64,000 nucleotides of DNA from Phycisphaerae bacterium (lineage in GTDB: Bacteria > Planctomycetota > Phycisphaerae > UBA1845 > Fen-1342). Of this stretch, positions 21,201-30,910 are shown piece after piece. The notes below the pieces were generated by a model. It was not told the DNA's origin, did not search any database, and saw only the letters and a program-made list of their open reading frames with translations. The position numbers were made by a program, and so were the translations under genes. The stretch spans positions 96,001 through 160,000 of the forward strand of contig JASFQK010000004.1 of the NCBI GenBank assembly GCA_050115495.1, written 5' to 3'. How positions within the stretch are numbered: position 1 is the first letter of the stretch; every line of letters begins with the position of its first letter.

Positions 21201-21541
21201 CCGTCGCCATGTACAAGGCGAGCGAATGGACCGGCGAGGCCTGGGATTGGAGCGATCTCGATGCCCTTTCGATCTCGCCGACCGGCGACATCTACTTCAT
21301 GCAGTTCGGCGACGGCCGGCGCTACACGCGACTGACCATGACGTTCGTCGGCGATGTGAACTGCGACGGGATCGTCAACAACTTCGACATCCGGGCGTTC
21401 GTCCTGGCGCTCACCAACCCGGAGAGCTATGCGGCGCAGTTCCCGGATTGCGACATCATGAACGCTGACGTGGACGGCGACGGGATCGTCACCAACTTTG
21501 ACATCTCCCCGTTCATCCAGTTGCTCAGCGGCGGCAAGTAA
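18245..21541 (+). CDS. large secreted protein (beta-sandwich, PKD-like, PQQ-type propeller, C-terminal dockerin-like)
   Basis: RBS GGAGG; signal peptide; APVADAG..DASLS..YQW PKD-like; propeller motifs (IVALRKGDGSIAW, YQVDATSGNLDW); C-terminal GDVNCDG tag. Confidence 0.8.
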   Translation: MLRMRWMGLMATLGLMCVPAAVGQVAIDFEGYSLGDVNGQDGWSITTQTGSASAEIVVDPLDANNQILRIRNFDGMGGDDGDVRLRRTISLGSGPMLITLEYDIELESSAAGTALYPRLRDASNDFSVVNNMHYTGGANGTFAHQGWYARLPDGTEQNWELNGDPGIPAATRAHTAWVFFYSGTSTGNHLVKVVKDGVSYDKRNAYGSSVGVLNCDYIEFSLYSGGQATWNIDNIQITAEPTFAAPVADAGEYPDMVLCDFDGCFVDVDASLSTGTISKYQWLESAATAQNILSQGLAPIQEVSLPYDTSNNVVLNVFDARGVYHSDTALIITGPVPDPYSIEDQVWGPYGIKNGDIYGTAQSDVVVPSSNLRLRMIDQRSDLPDPTSHRQLLFDARGNIYYVTWYRSVRSLNPDLTNRWETASLANGCLENECLIVGDRYVYAAVPPTTDGGFVTIPAQIVALRKGDGSIAWQIQLPGEAYVDCAPSKPKMTLWNDKLYYVGAPDMAGVDMIYLYQVDATSGNLDWTEPLACGTEAPQGRWGTVAFVPDLYASDPDGYVHALFFQGHSETENDGLSDAMAVQINPAVGARVVWGVDAGYALRSHPIFSDETGLVYMCNQSNWKGHSTWVFDPYAGLLAHYETSGYDRPREDVVGLDYDGRTIHSGNDMGVVYSEVDADGTGLSLIRKQRQYDPAILNPNHPDFGGYFGDQAILLQNEDGDTLMLTAHQRWWYDPDGYTAEGRGPEQVVLLNLTQDDGSPTEEDLDDGPIYIDNVRLLEDGVPVFSDDFESYDLGPLPFYPDSPWTYTGDVGASMPMIVDDGGNKVLAIDPFGGYSNEYVAIKALLGQEYPQSSEAVMRLEWMQKRTDLTDNVGIEVVPYDPTPPGYNPWGVYEWDGGGEPSYQKAWGVGGDPDWSPTALLQVDTWEPGVLIWDYLNWEFNMTINGTNEGGVPPVFDTSKTMNYIEIYMQATSVTSSSWTPPLFTPVAMYKASEWTGEAWDWSDLDALSISPTGDIYFMQFGDGRRYTRLTMTFVGDVNCDGIVNNFDIRAFVLALTNPESYAAQFPDCDIMNADVDGDGIVTNFDISPFIQLLSGGK

Positions 21542-21741
21542 CCTGACGGGGCACGGCCCCGTTGGACGCCGCCGGAGGGCGGCGGTGTGAGTGTGCCCCT
21601 CCCGTCCCGTGGCCGGTCCGACGTCAACGACGCGGACCGGCGACGGGCGGGGCGGGGTGGTTCGGCGAGCAGGGGAAGGGGGGACGGGGATCCCGGGGGA
21701 CGGTCTGGTCGCCGGTTACGGTGACCGAGGAGACGTCCACT

Positions 21742-24708
21742 GTGCTAGTCAAAACGGCCTCTTCCTGCCTCATTCTTTCCTTACTCGCTCTTGGATCCTC
21801 CTCGGCCCTGGCGGCTGTTCCGCCGGCGCCGGACGTGCTGACCGAATACAGCGCCGCGGACTGGGGTGCGGGGGCCCAGTACGCCACGGCGACGGTCACG
21901 GACGATACGTCGCGCGTGCACGCCGGCAGTGCCTCGGTTCATTTCAACACGGACGGCGGCTTCGACACGTGGGCGTGGGCTCCGGTCGGCTACAACGGCG
22001 ACTGGGATCTTCTCGCGGCCGGGGCGGTCGGCCCGTCGTTCTGGGTATACGCCGTCAACAACAACTCGGGCTTCCAGGGGCCTTCGCCCTGGATTCGCCT
22101 GTACACCAACGCCGGCGGCTACATCGAATACAGCCCTGACCACGACCTGCTCAACGATGCCCGCAATCAGTGGGTTGAGATCCGCGTGCCGCTCAACGGT
22201 GACGACACGTGGAGCCGCACGATCATGGGCGATCCCGACCTGAGCCACGTCAACTACATTGAGATTCACGGCGACACGTGGGAGGCCGGCTTCGACCTGT
22301 GGTTCGACGACCTGGCGTTCGATGTGCCGCTGGCGCCGCCGGGAGCGCTGCGTGCCATCGCGGGCAACGGTCGCGTCCAGCTCTCCTGGGAACCGTTCAA
22401 CGACATCCTCGGGCAGTTTGATCACTACGCCGTGTATCGCGAGACGGCGCCGTTCGATGACGTCACCAGCCTGACGCCGATCGACACGCTCAGCGGTCTC
22501 GGCACGACGAGCTACCTCGACGACACCGCCGTCAACGGCACCCATTACTACTACGCTGTCACGGCCGTTCTCGCGAGCGGGGCCGAGACGAGCGACGTCT
22601 TCGCCGTTGGCCCGCGCACGCCGCGGAACGAGACCGACTTGCAGATCGCCAGTCTGGCGCGTACGCCGCACTACCCCCGCTACCTGCCCAATTACACCTA
22701 CTACGAGGTGACCGAGCCGTCCGGCTTCGGCCCGTACGCCTTCACCGCGGCCACCTCGCTCGGCGGCGGCCAGAACGGCAGCACGCAGCGCTGGTCCGAC
22801 GTCGGCGATCCCGTGACCTACACCGCCAGTATCCGCAACCGCGGCACCAACATCGTCAGCGGCATGCTCTCCGGCACGTGGCGCGTCGACGGCGACGTGG
22901 TGGCCAGCCCGTCGCAGTCCGTGTCGCTCGACCCCGAAGACGTGGTGACGTTCACCTATGTGCTCAACTGGGATGACGAGCTGCACGACGTGACCTTCGC
23001 GATGGACGTGGACGACGCCCGCCCGGAGAACAACACGCTGACCATCAACACGAAGTCGGCCGGCTTCCTGACGTACGTGGACGTCGGTTTCGCTGAGGAC
23101 TTCCGCGAGCTGAGCACACCGGAATACCCGCAGGCGGTCACGGACGACATGATCGACTGGCTCCAGCGGCACGCGGCTCGCATGAACGAGATGTTCGTCG
23201 AGATGGGCAGCCTCAAGCGCGTGCACTATGACGTGCTGGAGATGATCGACGACCGGGCGGCCGACCCGACGATCGACCGCACACCGTTCGCGATCTTCCC
23301 GTTCCGCTATTACAGCGGCTCCCCGTCGTCCGATCCGCGCATTCCGAGCTACTACCACGCCGACGAGGACATCGACTACGGCCTGTGCCACGAGATGTCG
23401 CACCAGCTTGGCATGATTGACCTGTACCGGCTCGACCTGCCCGCCGAGCGGAACTACGTCTCGGGTGAGACGTACTGGGCCACCGACGGCCTCATGCGCA
23501 CGTGCGCCCCGTTCTATTCGCAGCACAGCGCCAACGCCATGAACCACTGGCTGAATACGGCCCACGGGTATTACGGGCAGTATCTCTACAGCCTGCCCGA
23601 GTACGTTGACCTCCGCATCGTCGGCACGGACGGCGAGCCGGTCGTCGGCGCCAACGTCCGCATGTACCAGAAGTGCGAGCGCCCCGGCCAGGGCGAGGTC
23701 ATCACCACGCAGATCAAGGCCCAGGGCGTCACCGGCGAAGATGGCATCTGGCGGCTGCCGAACGTTCCCATCGACTCCGGCATGGTGCCCACCACGTACG
23801 CCGGCGATCAGCTTCGCGACAACCCGTTCGGCTACGTGGCCGTGGTCGGCACCAACGGCCTGCTGCTCTTCCAGATCGAGTACCTCGACGTCGTCTCCTA
23901 CGCCTGGCTCGAAATCACCGAGGTCAACAACGCCTACTGGGCCGGCGACACTGATGTGGTCACCATCGAGCGCGAGATCCCCGTCGCCGGCGGCGTGCAG
24001 CATTTCCCGCCCGAGGACCTCACCGAGCTCAACGCCGTCAACTGGACCGGCTGGGCCCAGTATGTGCCCACCGGCCTCGATCTCTACGACGACACGTACG
24101 TCAAACAGGTCGGCGCCGCCTCGCTCAAGGTCGTCAGCACCGGCTACAGCGACAACGGCCTCCGCTATCCGGCGGGGATCATCGCCGATTGGGATCTCTC
24201 CCACGTCGAGACGATCCACTTCTGGGCGCGGGCCAGCGCGACGGGCTTCCAGAACTACAGCCCCTGGCTGCGCCTGGGCAACCTCGACGACGGCTACTAC
24301 CAGTACACGCCGACCTCGAACCCGCTCACGGCGGCGATCGGCCAATGGGTCGAGTTCGAGGTGCCCATTGCCGGCGACGCGACGTGGACGCGCACGGTCG
24401 GCGGCAACCCGTCGCTCAGCAGCATCAGCTACATCGAGCTGCACGCCGACCCGCAGGGCACCGGCTTCACGCTCTGGCTCGACGGCCTGTGCTTCTATCC
24501 GCAGCCGGGCTACGCGGTGGGCGATCTGAACTGCGACGGCATCGTGAACAACTTCGACATCAGCCCGTTCATCCTGGCCCTGACGAACGAGGCGGGTTAC
24601 GTCGACGCCTATCCGGATTGCGACCGCGACCTGGCGGACGTCAACGACGACGGCATCGTGAACAACTTCGACATCGCCCCGTTCATCGACCTGCTGTTGG
24701 GCAAGTAG
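21742..24708 (+). CDS. secreted putative zinc metalloprotease (CBM-like repeats, FN3, CARDB, HExxH, dockerin-like)
   Basis: GTG after GAGGAG; signal peptide; FN3 (LRAIAGNGRVQLSW..YYYAVTAV); CARDB-like; HEMSHQLGMIDLY; duplicated N- and C-terminal beta-sandwich; GDLNCDG tag. Confidence 0.78.
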   Translation: MLVKTASSCLILSLLALGSSSALAAVPPAPDVLTEYSAADWGAGAQYATATVTDDTSRVHAGSASVHFNTDGGFDTWAWAPVGYNGDWDLLAAGAVGPSFWVYAVNNNSGFQGPSPWIRLYTNAGGYIEYSPDHDLLNDARNQWVEIRVPLNGDDTWSRTIMGDPDLSHVNYIEIHGDTWEAGFDLWFDDLAFDVPLAPPGALRAIAGNGRVQLSWEPFNDILGQFDHYAVYRETAPFDDVTSLTPIDTLSGLGTTSYLDDTAVNGTHYYYAVTAVLASGAETSDVFAVGPRTPRNETDLQIASLARTPHYPRYLPNYTYYEVTEPSGFGPYAFTAATSLGGGQNGSTQRWSDVGDPVTYTASIRNRGTNIVSGMLSGTWRVDGDVVASPSQSVSLDPEDVVTFTYVLNWDDELHDVTFAMDVDDARPENNTLTINTKSAGFLTYVDVGFAEDFRELSTPEYPQAVTDDMIDWLQRHAARMNEMFVEMGSLKRVHYDVLEMIDDRAADPTIDRTPFAIFPFRYYSGSPSSDPRIPSYYHADEDIDYGLCHEMSHQLGMIDLYRLDLPAERNYVSGETYWATDGLMRTCAPFYSQHSANAMNHWLNTAHGYYGQYLYSLPEYVDLRIVGTDGEPVVGANVRMYQKCERPGQGEVITTQIKAQGVTGEDGIWRLPNVPIDSGMVPTTYAGDQLRDNPFGYVAVVGTNGLLLFQIEYLDVVSYAWLEITEVNNAYWAGDTDVVTIEREIPVAGGVQHFPPEDLTELNAVNWTGWAQYVPTGLDLYDDTYVKQVGAASLKVVSTGYSDNGLRYPAGIIADWDLSHVETIHFWARASATGFQNYSPWLRLGNLDDGYYQYTPTSNPLTAAIGQWVEFEVPIAGDATWTRTVGGNPSLSSISYIELHADPQGTGFTLWLDGLCFYPQPGYAVGDLNCDGIVNNFDISPFILALTNEAGYVDAYPDCDRDLADVNDDGIVNNFDIAPFIDLLLGK

Positions 24709-24724
24709 GACGCCGGCACGCGCT

Positions 24725-24827
24725 GTAGCGTCTCCCGACCGGACAGTCTCTGTAGCGTCGGCCCCCCGTGGCCGACGTCGAATGCCGAACGCCGGTGTGG
24801 CATGCCCAAGCGCAGCGCGGGCATGTC
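24725..24827. repeat. GTAG-type REP-like palindrome cluster
   Basis: GTAGCGTCGGCCCCCCGTGGCCGACGTC (copies near 51254 and reversed at 52418) and GTGTGGCATGCCCAAGCGCAGCGCGGGCATGTC (copy at 52288). Confidence 0.75.
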
Positions 24828-24959
24828 GACCGTCGTTGCTGCGGGGCCCTCGCGCTTCACGCTCGCCCGAGTTATTGTTCCTTTCTCGCTAGATTTGCTT
24901 GACAGACTCGCCGATCACGCAAGAATGCCCCTGTCAACCTGGATGGCCAACTGGGAGGC

Positions 24960-25844
24960 GTGGCCGTGGGGCGCATTCCGAGCCTGATCGTTCGTTCTGC
25001 TGTTGGCGGTAGCCGGTCTCGGTCTATCGCGCGGGCCCGCGCGGCTCGTCGGCCGCCGGCGTTCACGTTGATCGAGCTGCTCGTGGTCGTGGCGATCATC
25101 GCCGTGCTGGTGTCCATTCTCCTGCCGGCGATGTCACAGGCGCGGCAGCAGGCCCGGGACGTCCGCTGTGGGACGTACGTACGGCAGTTGGGCCTGGGGA
25201 TGACCGCGTACCACAACGAGTATGACTGCTATCCGGCGCATCAGTGGCGGTTGCCGAACGACGTCCGCTGCCGCTGGTTCAACGCCATGGCCGACATTCT
25301 GTCCGGGCTCAAGGTGCAGGGCTGCCCCTCCGTCGCGGATTGGGAGGTCGGGCGGAACAACTCGTACGGCTACAACTACAAGTACATCGGCAGCGCCCGC
25401 GACAACGAGCTCAGCCCGAAGCATCCCTTCGAGAACTTCCCGGTCAAGGACGTCCACGCGCCGGCGATGACGATCGCCTTCGCCTGCTCCGACGGCACCG
25501 GTTGGAAGATCGAGCACGTCAACGGCGTCAAAAACGTGGACATGATCGGCAACCACGGCTACACGCTCGACCCGACGTACATCCCCACGTACAGCCTCGA
25601 AACGTACAGCGGGGGCGAGCTCGAACCTTATGCCTGGCACGACTACCGCACCTACATCTCCGACCGCCATCGCGGTGGCAGCAACGCCTGTTTCGCCGAT
25701 GGTCACGTGAGCCGTGTCCTGCCGCGCAAGGTGTACCGCGACAACGCCCTATGGAATGGTTGGGGCTGCGAAGACATCGAGCGTGACCCGCATGTGCCGT
25801 TCCGCTACATGGCCGGCGAGTTCCGCTACGTTATTGATGAGTGA
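24960..25844 (+). CDS. prepilin-type N-terminal cleavage/methylation protein (H-X9-DG)
   Basis: [43 protein letters not shown]. Start codon uncertain. Confidence 0.88.
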   Translation: MAVGRIPSLIVRSAVGGSRSRSIARARAARRPPAFTLIELLVVVAIIAVLVSILLPAMSQARQQARDVRCGTYVRQLGLGMTAYHNEYDCYPAHQWRLPNDVRCRWFNAMADILSGLKVQGCPSVADWEVGRNNSYGYNYKYIGSARDNELSPKHPFENFPVKDVHAPAMTIAFACSDGTGWKIEHVNGVKNVDMIGNHGYTLDPTYIPTYSLETYSGGELEPYAWHDYRTYISDRHRGGSNACFADGHVSRVLPRKVYRDNALWNGWGCEDIERDPHVPFRYMAGEFRYVIDE

Positions 25845-25979
25845 TCCATCGCGTCGCCTCGGCGTCTGCGGCCGTCCCTGCGGGACGCGTGACGCACAAT
25901 GCGCTTGAGGTGACGCTGCTCGGGGACTACATTGAAGCTGGCGAGGGCGAAGCGCCATTTATCAGCAGTGGGCCCCCGA

Positions 25980-28208
25980 ATGTGCCAGGATCACGCCGAG
26001 CCACGTGATAGCTCCGCCGCCGACGCGGCGCGGGCTCGTCTCGTCGACGACTACCTCGCCCGGCGGGCAGCCGGCGAGGTTATCGGCCCGGCCACCTTCA
26101 GCGCCGAACACCCCGACGCCGGGCCCGAGCTCGGCGATGCGCTGGCCATGCTTGACCATCTGCGCCCGCCGCCGGACCCGCTCGAACTGCTGCGCGGCCG
26201 CGGCGTGCTCCGCGATGCACCCGACTCGTCGTACCGGGCGTTTCTCGACGACTACGGCATCGTCGGCGTGCTCGGCCTGGGCGGCATGGGGATTGTGCTC
26301 GAAGGCTTCGACCCCTCCGTACAACGCCCCGTCGCCATCAAGCTGCTGCACCCGCTGTACGTCCACGAGCAGGCGGCCGTGGCCCGCTTCCGTCGAGAAG
26401 CGCTCGCCGCCGCCCGCCTCCAACATCCCAACATCGTGACGATTCACGCCGTCGGGCAAAGCGCGGGCGTGCCGTACATCGTCATGGAGTACGTTCCGGG
26501 CTCGGACCTGCGGCAGTTCCTGCGCGCCCACGGCCCGCTTGAGGCCGGTCCCGCCCGGCGTGTGTTCGCCGAGCTGCTCGCCGGCCTGGCCGCGGCCCAC
26601 GCCCAGCACATCATGCATCGCGACATCAAGCCCGCGAACATTCTGCTGACGCGTGCGGCCCTCGCTCGCCTCTCGCCGCAGGCGGACGCCTCTGCGTCGG
26701 GGCGCGAGCCCGACGGTCCGTGGGCGAAGATCGCCGACTTCGGCCTGGCCCGCTGCACGGGCGACCTGACGGCGATGACCGTTCCCGGCGCGTTGCTCGG
26801 CACGCCCGAGTGCATGAGCCCCGAGCAACTCCGCGGCGGCCAGGACGTCGACGAGCGCACGGACCTGTACTCCGCCGGCGTCGTTGCCTACCACATGCTG
26901 ACCGGTCGGCCGCCGTTCGAGGCCACGACCGTCGCCGGCATGTTACAGCGCGTCGTCAGCGAGGAGCCGCCGGCGGCAGCGGCCGTCAGCGCCGGCGCCG
27001 ATCCCGTGCTCAGCAGCATCGCCCGCCGACTGATGGCCCCCATGCCGGCGGACCGTTTCCCGTCGGCCGGTGCGGCGCTGGCGGCTCTGCGAGCGGAGCG
27101 TCCCGTACGTTACACCGGGCGCGGCGGATCGCGCCGTCGGCGACTGGTGCTGCTGGCCGTGCTTGTGGCGGTGGCGGCGGCCGCGCCGTTTCTGCTGCGC
27201 CCCGCAGCGGGCAGCGAGCGCATCCGCGCGTTGGATGTCGACGACGACACGCGCACGTTGCGTGTGTGGTATGGCCGGTCCACCACGCCCACCGTTCCGC
27301 CGGAGCTGCCGGCCACGTTTGAGCGGCTGCGGGCGGCGACACTGTTGGACGTCGATGGCCGCGGGACGCAGCGCATCGCCGTCGGCTCCCTCGACCCGTC
27401 GCGCCGCGAGCACGTCTTCCTGCTCGATACGCAAGGCCGGCCAACGCGCGGCCTGTTCCTCGGCCTCGTCGGCGACTGGCCCGGCTTTCGCCCTGATGAC
27501 CCGTGGGTCTGTCAGGGCCTGGCGGCCGGGCCGCTGGACGCCGAGCCGGGCAACGAGCTGATCGCGGCGACTTCACACGCGTCCAGCCAGCCCTCGCGCG
27601 TGGCCGTCATCGATCCGCGCACGGGCGAAGTCCGGGCCAGCTTCTGGCATCACGGTCACATCAACCGTGTAGTCTACTTGCACGATTTCTTCGGCGACGG
27701 GCAACCGGCGATCTTCGCCTGCGGCTGCACCGAGGAGCCGAACGAGTTCCCCTGCGCCGTCACCGAGCAGGAGCTGCGGACACGCTACGACTTCGTGTAC
27801 GCGTACATGATCCTCGATCCACGGACGATGGTTCCTGCCGAAGCGCCGCCGCCGATCGGGGCCGCCGTTCCGCCGCCCGGCCTGCACGCCTACGCGTTCC
27901 TGGACGTGCCGATTGACTTGACGGCGCATTCGCTGGCATCGGCCCCGGCCGCGACCGCCGAGGCCGACCCGCGGTTGCACCTCTCCACGTATACCGTTCT
28001 GCCGTCGATCGGGCCCGGTCCGGCGGGGCAGCTCATCCAGATCGGGCTGGAGGACCGCGACCACGAGGGCGTTGCTCTGCTGAAGGTCGACGGCAACTTC
28101 AGACTGGTTGAGGTGCAACTGGCCTCGGGGGCGAAGACGGTGGTCAGCGAAACGTTTCTCCGCGACCGCTGGCGCCGCCGCGTCCCGCCACCGACCGGCA
28201 GTGAATGA
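25980..28208 (+). CDS. transmembrane Hanks-type Ser/Thr protein kinase with extracytoplasmic domain
   Basis: LGLGGMGIV, VAIK, HRDIKPANILL, DFGLA, GTPECMSPEQ, DLYSAG; TM helix; FG-GAP-like C-terminal region. Confidence 0.92.
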   Translation: MCQDHAEPRDSSAADAARARLVDDYLARRAAGEVIGPATFSAEHPDAGPELGDALAMLDHLRPPPDPLELLRGRGVLRDAPDSSYRAFLDDYGIVGVLGLGGMGIVLEGFDPSVQRPVAIKLLHPLYVHEQAAVARFRREALAAARLQHPNIVTIHAVGQSAGVPYIVMEYVPGSDLRQFLRAHGPLEAGPARRVFAELLAGLAAAHAQHIMHRDIKPANILLTRAALARLSPQADASASGREPDGPWAKIADFGLARCTGDLTAMTVPGALLGTPECMSPEQLRGGQDVDERTDLYSAGVVAYHMLTGRPPFEATTVAGMLQRVVSEEPPAAAAVSAGADPVLSSIARRLMAPMPADRFPSAGAALAALRAERPVRYTGRGGSRRRRLVLLAVLVAVAAAAPFLLRPAAGSERIRALDVDDDTRTLRVWYGRSTTPTVPPELPATFERLRAATLLDVDGRGTQRIAVGSLDPSRREHVFLLDTQGRPTRGLFLGLVGDWPGFRPDDPWVCQGLAAGPLDAEPGNELIAATSHASSQPSRVAVIDPRTGEVRASFWHHGHINRVVYLHDFFGDGQPAIFACGCTEEPNEFPCAVTEQELRTRYDFVYAYMILDPRTMVPAEAPPPIGAAVPPPGLHAYAFLDVPIDLTAHSLASAPAATAEADPRLHLSTYTVLPSIGPGPAGQLIQIGLEDRDHEGVALLKVDGNFRLVEVQLASGAKTVVSETFLRDRWRRRVPPPTGSE

Positions 28209-28237
28209 TCGGCGCGGCATCTCCACCGCAGATCACG

Positions 28238-28882
28238 TCAACTGGCGGATTGACCATCCGGCGCAGGTGGACCTGGACCCTTACCCACGTATGCCCGCAG
28301 CCTCTTCAAGGCCCGAAAGAGCAACATCGACACGGCGGGTCTGCTGAAGCCGAGACGCTCCGCCACATCCGCCGGCGACCGGCCTTCCATGATCCGCAGG
28401 CGGATCACCTCGCGATACGCTTCAGACAGGCGGGCAAGCGCGATGCGTACCTTCGCCCGCATTTCCTCCTGGGCCATGGCTCCGCTCGGCGTTGTCCCGC
28501 TGGACGTCAGCTTGGCCATGAGGTTACCGTGCGTGTCCGCGTGGCGGTTGCGGTCGATGTCGCGGCGCCGGCGGCGAAGGGCCCGCTGCATGTCGCGCAG
28601 CTTGTTCAGGGCGACCCGCTCCACCCAGCGCTGAAACGCCGCCGGCGAGACGTCACCCTGCGGCGACAGGCCGCCGGCGAACAACGCCGCGTAGGCATCC
28701 TGCAACACATCTTCAGCGTCGACGTAACGCCGGTAGCGCGCGCCGATGGCCTCGTCCACCAGCCGGCGCAAACGGGCGTGTTCACGCACGAGCAGGGTCT
28801 GAAGCGCATCCGCATCACCCGCGCAGGCGCGAGCCACCAACTCATTCGAGTCGTCAGGATTGGGTGGCGATACGCAATTCAT
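28238..28882 (-). CDS. ECF RNA polymerase sigma factor (planctomycete type)
   Basis: LVARACAGDADAL, DAEDVLQD, TTPS, ALARLSEAYREVIRLR..VAERLG..AVSMLLFRALKRL. Confidence 0.92.
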   Translation of the reverse strand: MNCVSPPNPDDSNELVARACAGDADALQTLLVREHARLRRLVDEAIGARYRRYVDAEDVLQDAYAALFAGGLSPQGDVSPAAFQRWVERVALNKLRDMQRALRRRRRDIDRNRHADTHGNLMAKLTSSGTTPSGAMAQEEMRAKVRIALARLSEAYREVIRLRIMEGRSPADVAERLGFSRPAVSMLLFRALKRLRAYVGKGPGPPAPDGQSAS

Positions 28883-28934
28883 ACGGGATTGATCTTAGAT
28901 GGAGGGAGGGTTCAGGACAACTGGGGCCCGGTTT

Positions 28935-30728
28935 TCACCCGCCAGCCTGCTCGAGCTGCACGGCCCGGCGGATCTGCACGTCGGCTTCCGCCGGTTGCCC
29001 CGTGTGGCGGAGGGCCTCCGCCCAGCGACGATGAAGCCCCGCGGCCCAACTGGCGAGCTGCGCCTCAGTCTCGTCGCCGGCCGGCCGGCCCGGCCCCAGC
29101 TCGTGCACGATCGGCGGGGCGAAGTGCAGCGCTTGCTCGAGGGTCCGCGCCGTTCGCGGCCAGTCGCCGGCCTCGCGAGCGGCCTGCTCCGCCGGCAGGT
29201 AGTAGATGTCCTCTGGCACGAGGTAGTCGACCGGCCGGATCGGTGTCTGGCCGTCCGGCGTGGGTCGGGCGATCCACAGCGCCAGCAACGCTACGGCGAC
29301 GATCGTCCCCGCCGCCGGCAGGAAACGCCGCAGACGCACCCAGCGGACCAGCTCGACCACGGCAAAGCCGGCAAACGGCAGCAGGACGGCGAGCAGGGGG
29401 GCGCGGAAACGCGAGATCACGTACAGGATGAGCAGGGCGAGGAGCAGCGTCAGCGCCATCAGGTGTAGCGGCCACGTCGTTCGCAGTCGGCGCAGGGCGA
29501 GCAGCGCCCCGGCCAGCCCCAGTGGCGCCACCAACGTGAACGATACCGCCGCCCAGCGCAGCACCGGCGCGTGCCACCGGAAGTAGTAGAAATTGACGTT
29601 ATTCGGCCGTTCGTACCAGTGCAGCGCCGCGGCCAGCTTGCCGCCGAGCAGCCGCACGTAGCTCCAGACGTTCGGATGGGTCGCCAGCGTCGTCCACACG
29701 GTGGGCAGGAAGTGGCCGTCGCTGTCGGCCATGATCCGCGGGGTATGCTCCCAGCTCACGAAGCCGCCGGCCATCGGCGGGTAATCGACGGTGTTGGCCA
29801 TGACGAAGGTGACGGCCCCTACGCTGTTGAAGGCGAAGGGAGACACGCCGACCGCGACGTTCCGGGCCACGGCCGGGGCGATGCCGAGCGCCACGCCGCC
29901 GAGCAAGGGCAGCAGGCAGCGACAGAGTGCCGCTGGTCGGCGCGCGTGGCCAACAATCAACACGCCGACCACGCCACCGGCGAACAGCACGAACGTCGCC
30001 CGCAGCAGCAGGGCCAGGCCGAGCGTGCTGCCGGTCAGCAGCCACCACGCCCAGTGCGAGCTGCGCGAAGCGCGATCGACCAGCAGCGCACTGACCAGCG
30101 CGAAAAAGACCGTCATCGTCGGACGCAGCAGCACCAGCTCATAGAAGAGCAGTGGGCCGCAGAAGACCGCCGCCAGACCGGCGATCCAGCCGGCGACGTC
30201 GCCGAACCAACGCCGGGCGAGCGTATAGATCAGGACGTTGTTGAGAATGCCGAGAATCGTCTGCACGACGAAGACGCAGCGCGGGTCCGGCCCGATCAGC
30301 CAGTAGATCGCGGCGATGAAATACGCGTAGAGGGGCTCCTGGTGGAACCGCTTGCCGCCGTACCAGTGGTCCCACAGGGCCCGGCCCTGCTCGGCGGTCA
30401 TGTCGCTCGTGCCGAAGTGGCTCTGGGCGATGGTGGCGTGCCAGTCGTGGTAGGGGTGCAGGGCGCGGCCGGTGAGCCAGTCGCCGGCGGCGATCGTGCG
30501 GGCCCACGTATCGAAGAAGTTCATGTCGCTCACGGCCCAGCGGTGGAGCCACACGCAGGGGCCTTCGTTGAGCTGGACGAAGTACACGGCGCGGACGGCC
30601 AGCGAGAGCAGCACAATCACCAGCAGGGCGAACCGGCCGGAGCGCCAGGCCGAGCGTGTCGCCGGTGGGGCAGGGGGGCCGGCGGGGCGGCTGGCAGGGC
30701 ACGGGGCTGGTGGGGCGTCTTGTTGCAT
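28935..30728 (-). CDS. GT-C (PMT/ArnT-like, family 39) membrane glycosyltransferase with C-terminal TPR-like helices
   Basis: Multiple TM helices; SDMNFFDTWA, QEPLYAYF, ISRFRAP motifs. Confidence 0.8.
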   Translation of the reverse strand: MQQDAPPAPCPASRPAGPPAPPATRSAWRSGRFALLVIVLLSLAVRAVYFVQLNEGPCVWLHRWAVSDMNFFDTWARTIAAGDWLTGRALHPYHDWHATIAQSHFGTSDMTAEQGRALWDHWYGGKRFHQEPLYAYFIAAIYWLIGPDPRCVFVVQTILGILNNVLIYTLARRWFGDVAGWIAGLAAVFCGPLLFYELVLLRPTMTVFFALVSALLVDRASRSSHWAWWLLTGSTLGLALLLRATFVLFAGGVVGVLIVGHARRPAALCRCLLPLLGGVALGIAPAVARNVAVGVSPFAFNSVGAVTFVMANTVDYPPMAGGFVSWEHTPRIMADSDGHFLPTVWTTLATHPNVWSYVRLLGGKLAAALHWYERPNNVNFYYFRWHAPVLRWAAVSFTLVAPLGLAGALLALRRLRTTWPLHLMALTLLLALLILYVISRFRAPLLAVLLPFAGFAVVELVRWVRLRRFLPAAGTIVAVALLALWIARPTPDGQTPIRPVDYLVPEDIYYLPAEQAAREAGDWPRTARTLEQALHFAPPIVHELGPGRPAGDETEAQLASWAAGLHRRWAEALRHTGQPAEADVQIRRAVQLEQAGG

Positions 30729-30910
30729 GTGTCGGCGGCGGCGCGCGTGGCGCGTGCGACGATTCTACGGTTGCGGGGGCACCGGGCAAACCGGGGCGGA
30801 GCGCTCCGCCGTACGAGCCGTCCGGTGGGCGACCGGGTTGACAGTCTGCCGCGGCGGTCCTAGCTTCCGGCTGTTTTCGGGCGAACAGGACCTTGCGCGA
30901 GAGTGAACAG

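Noticed and set aside
24705..24830. CRISPR array or IS ends
   Set aside because: Only a few heterogeneous palindromic units, no regular spacers, no cas or transposase gene.
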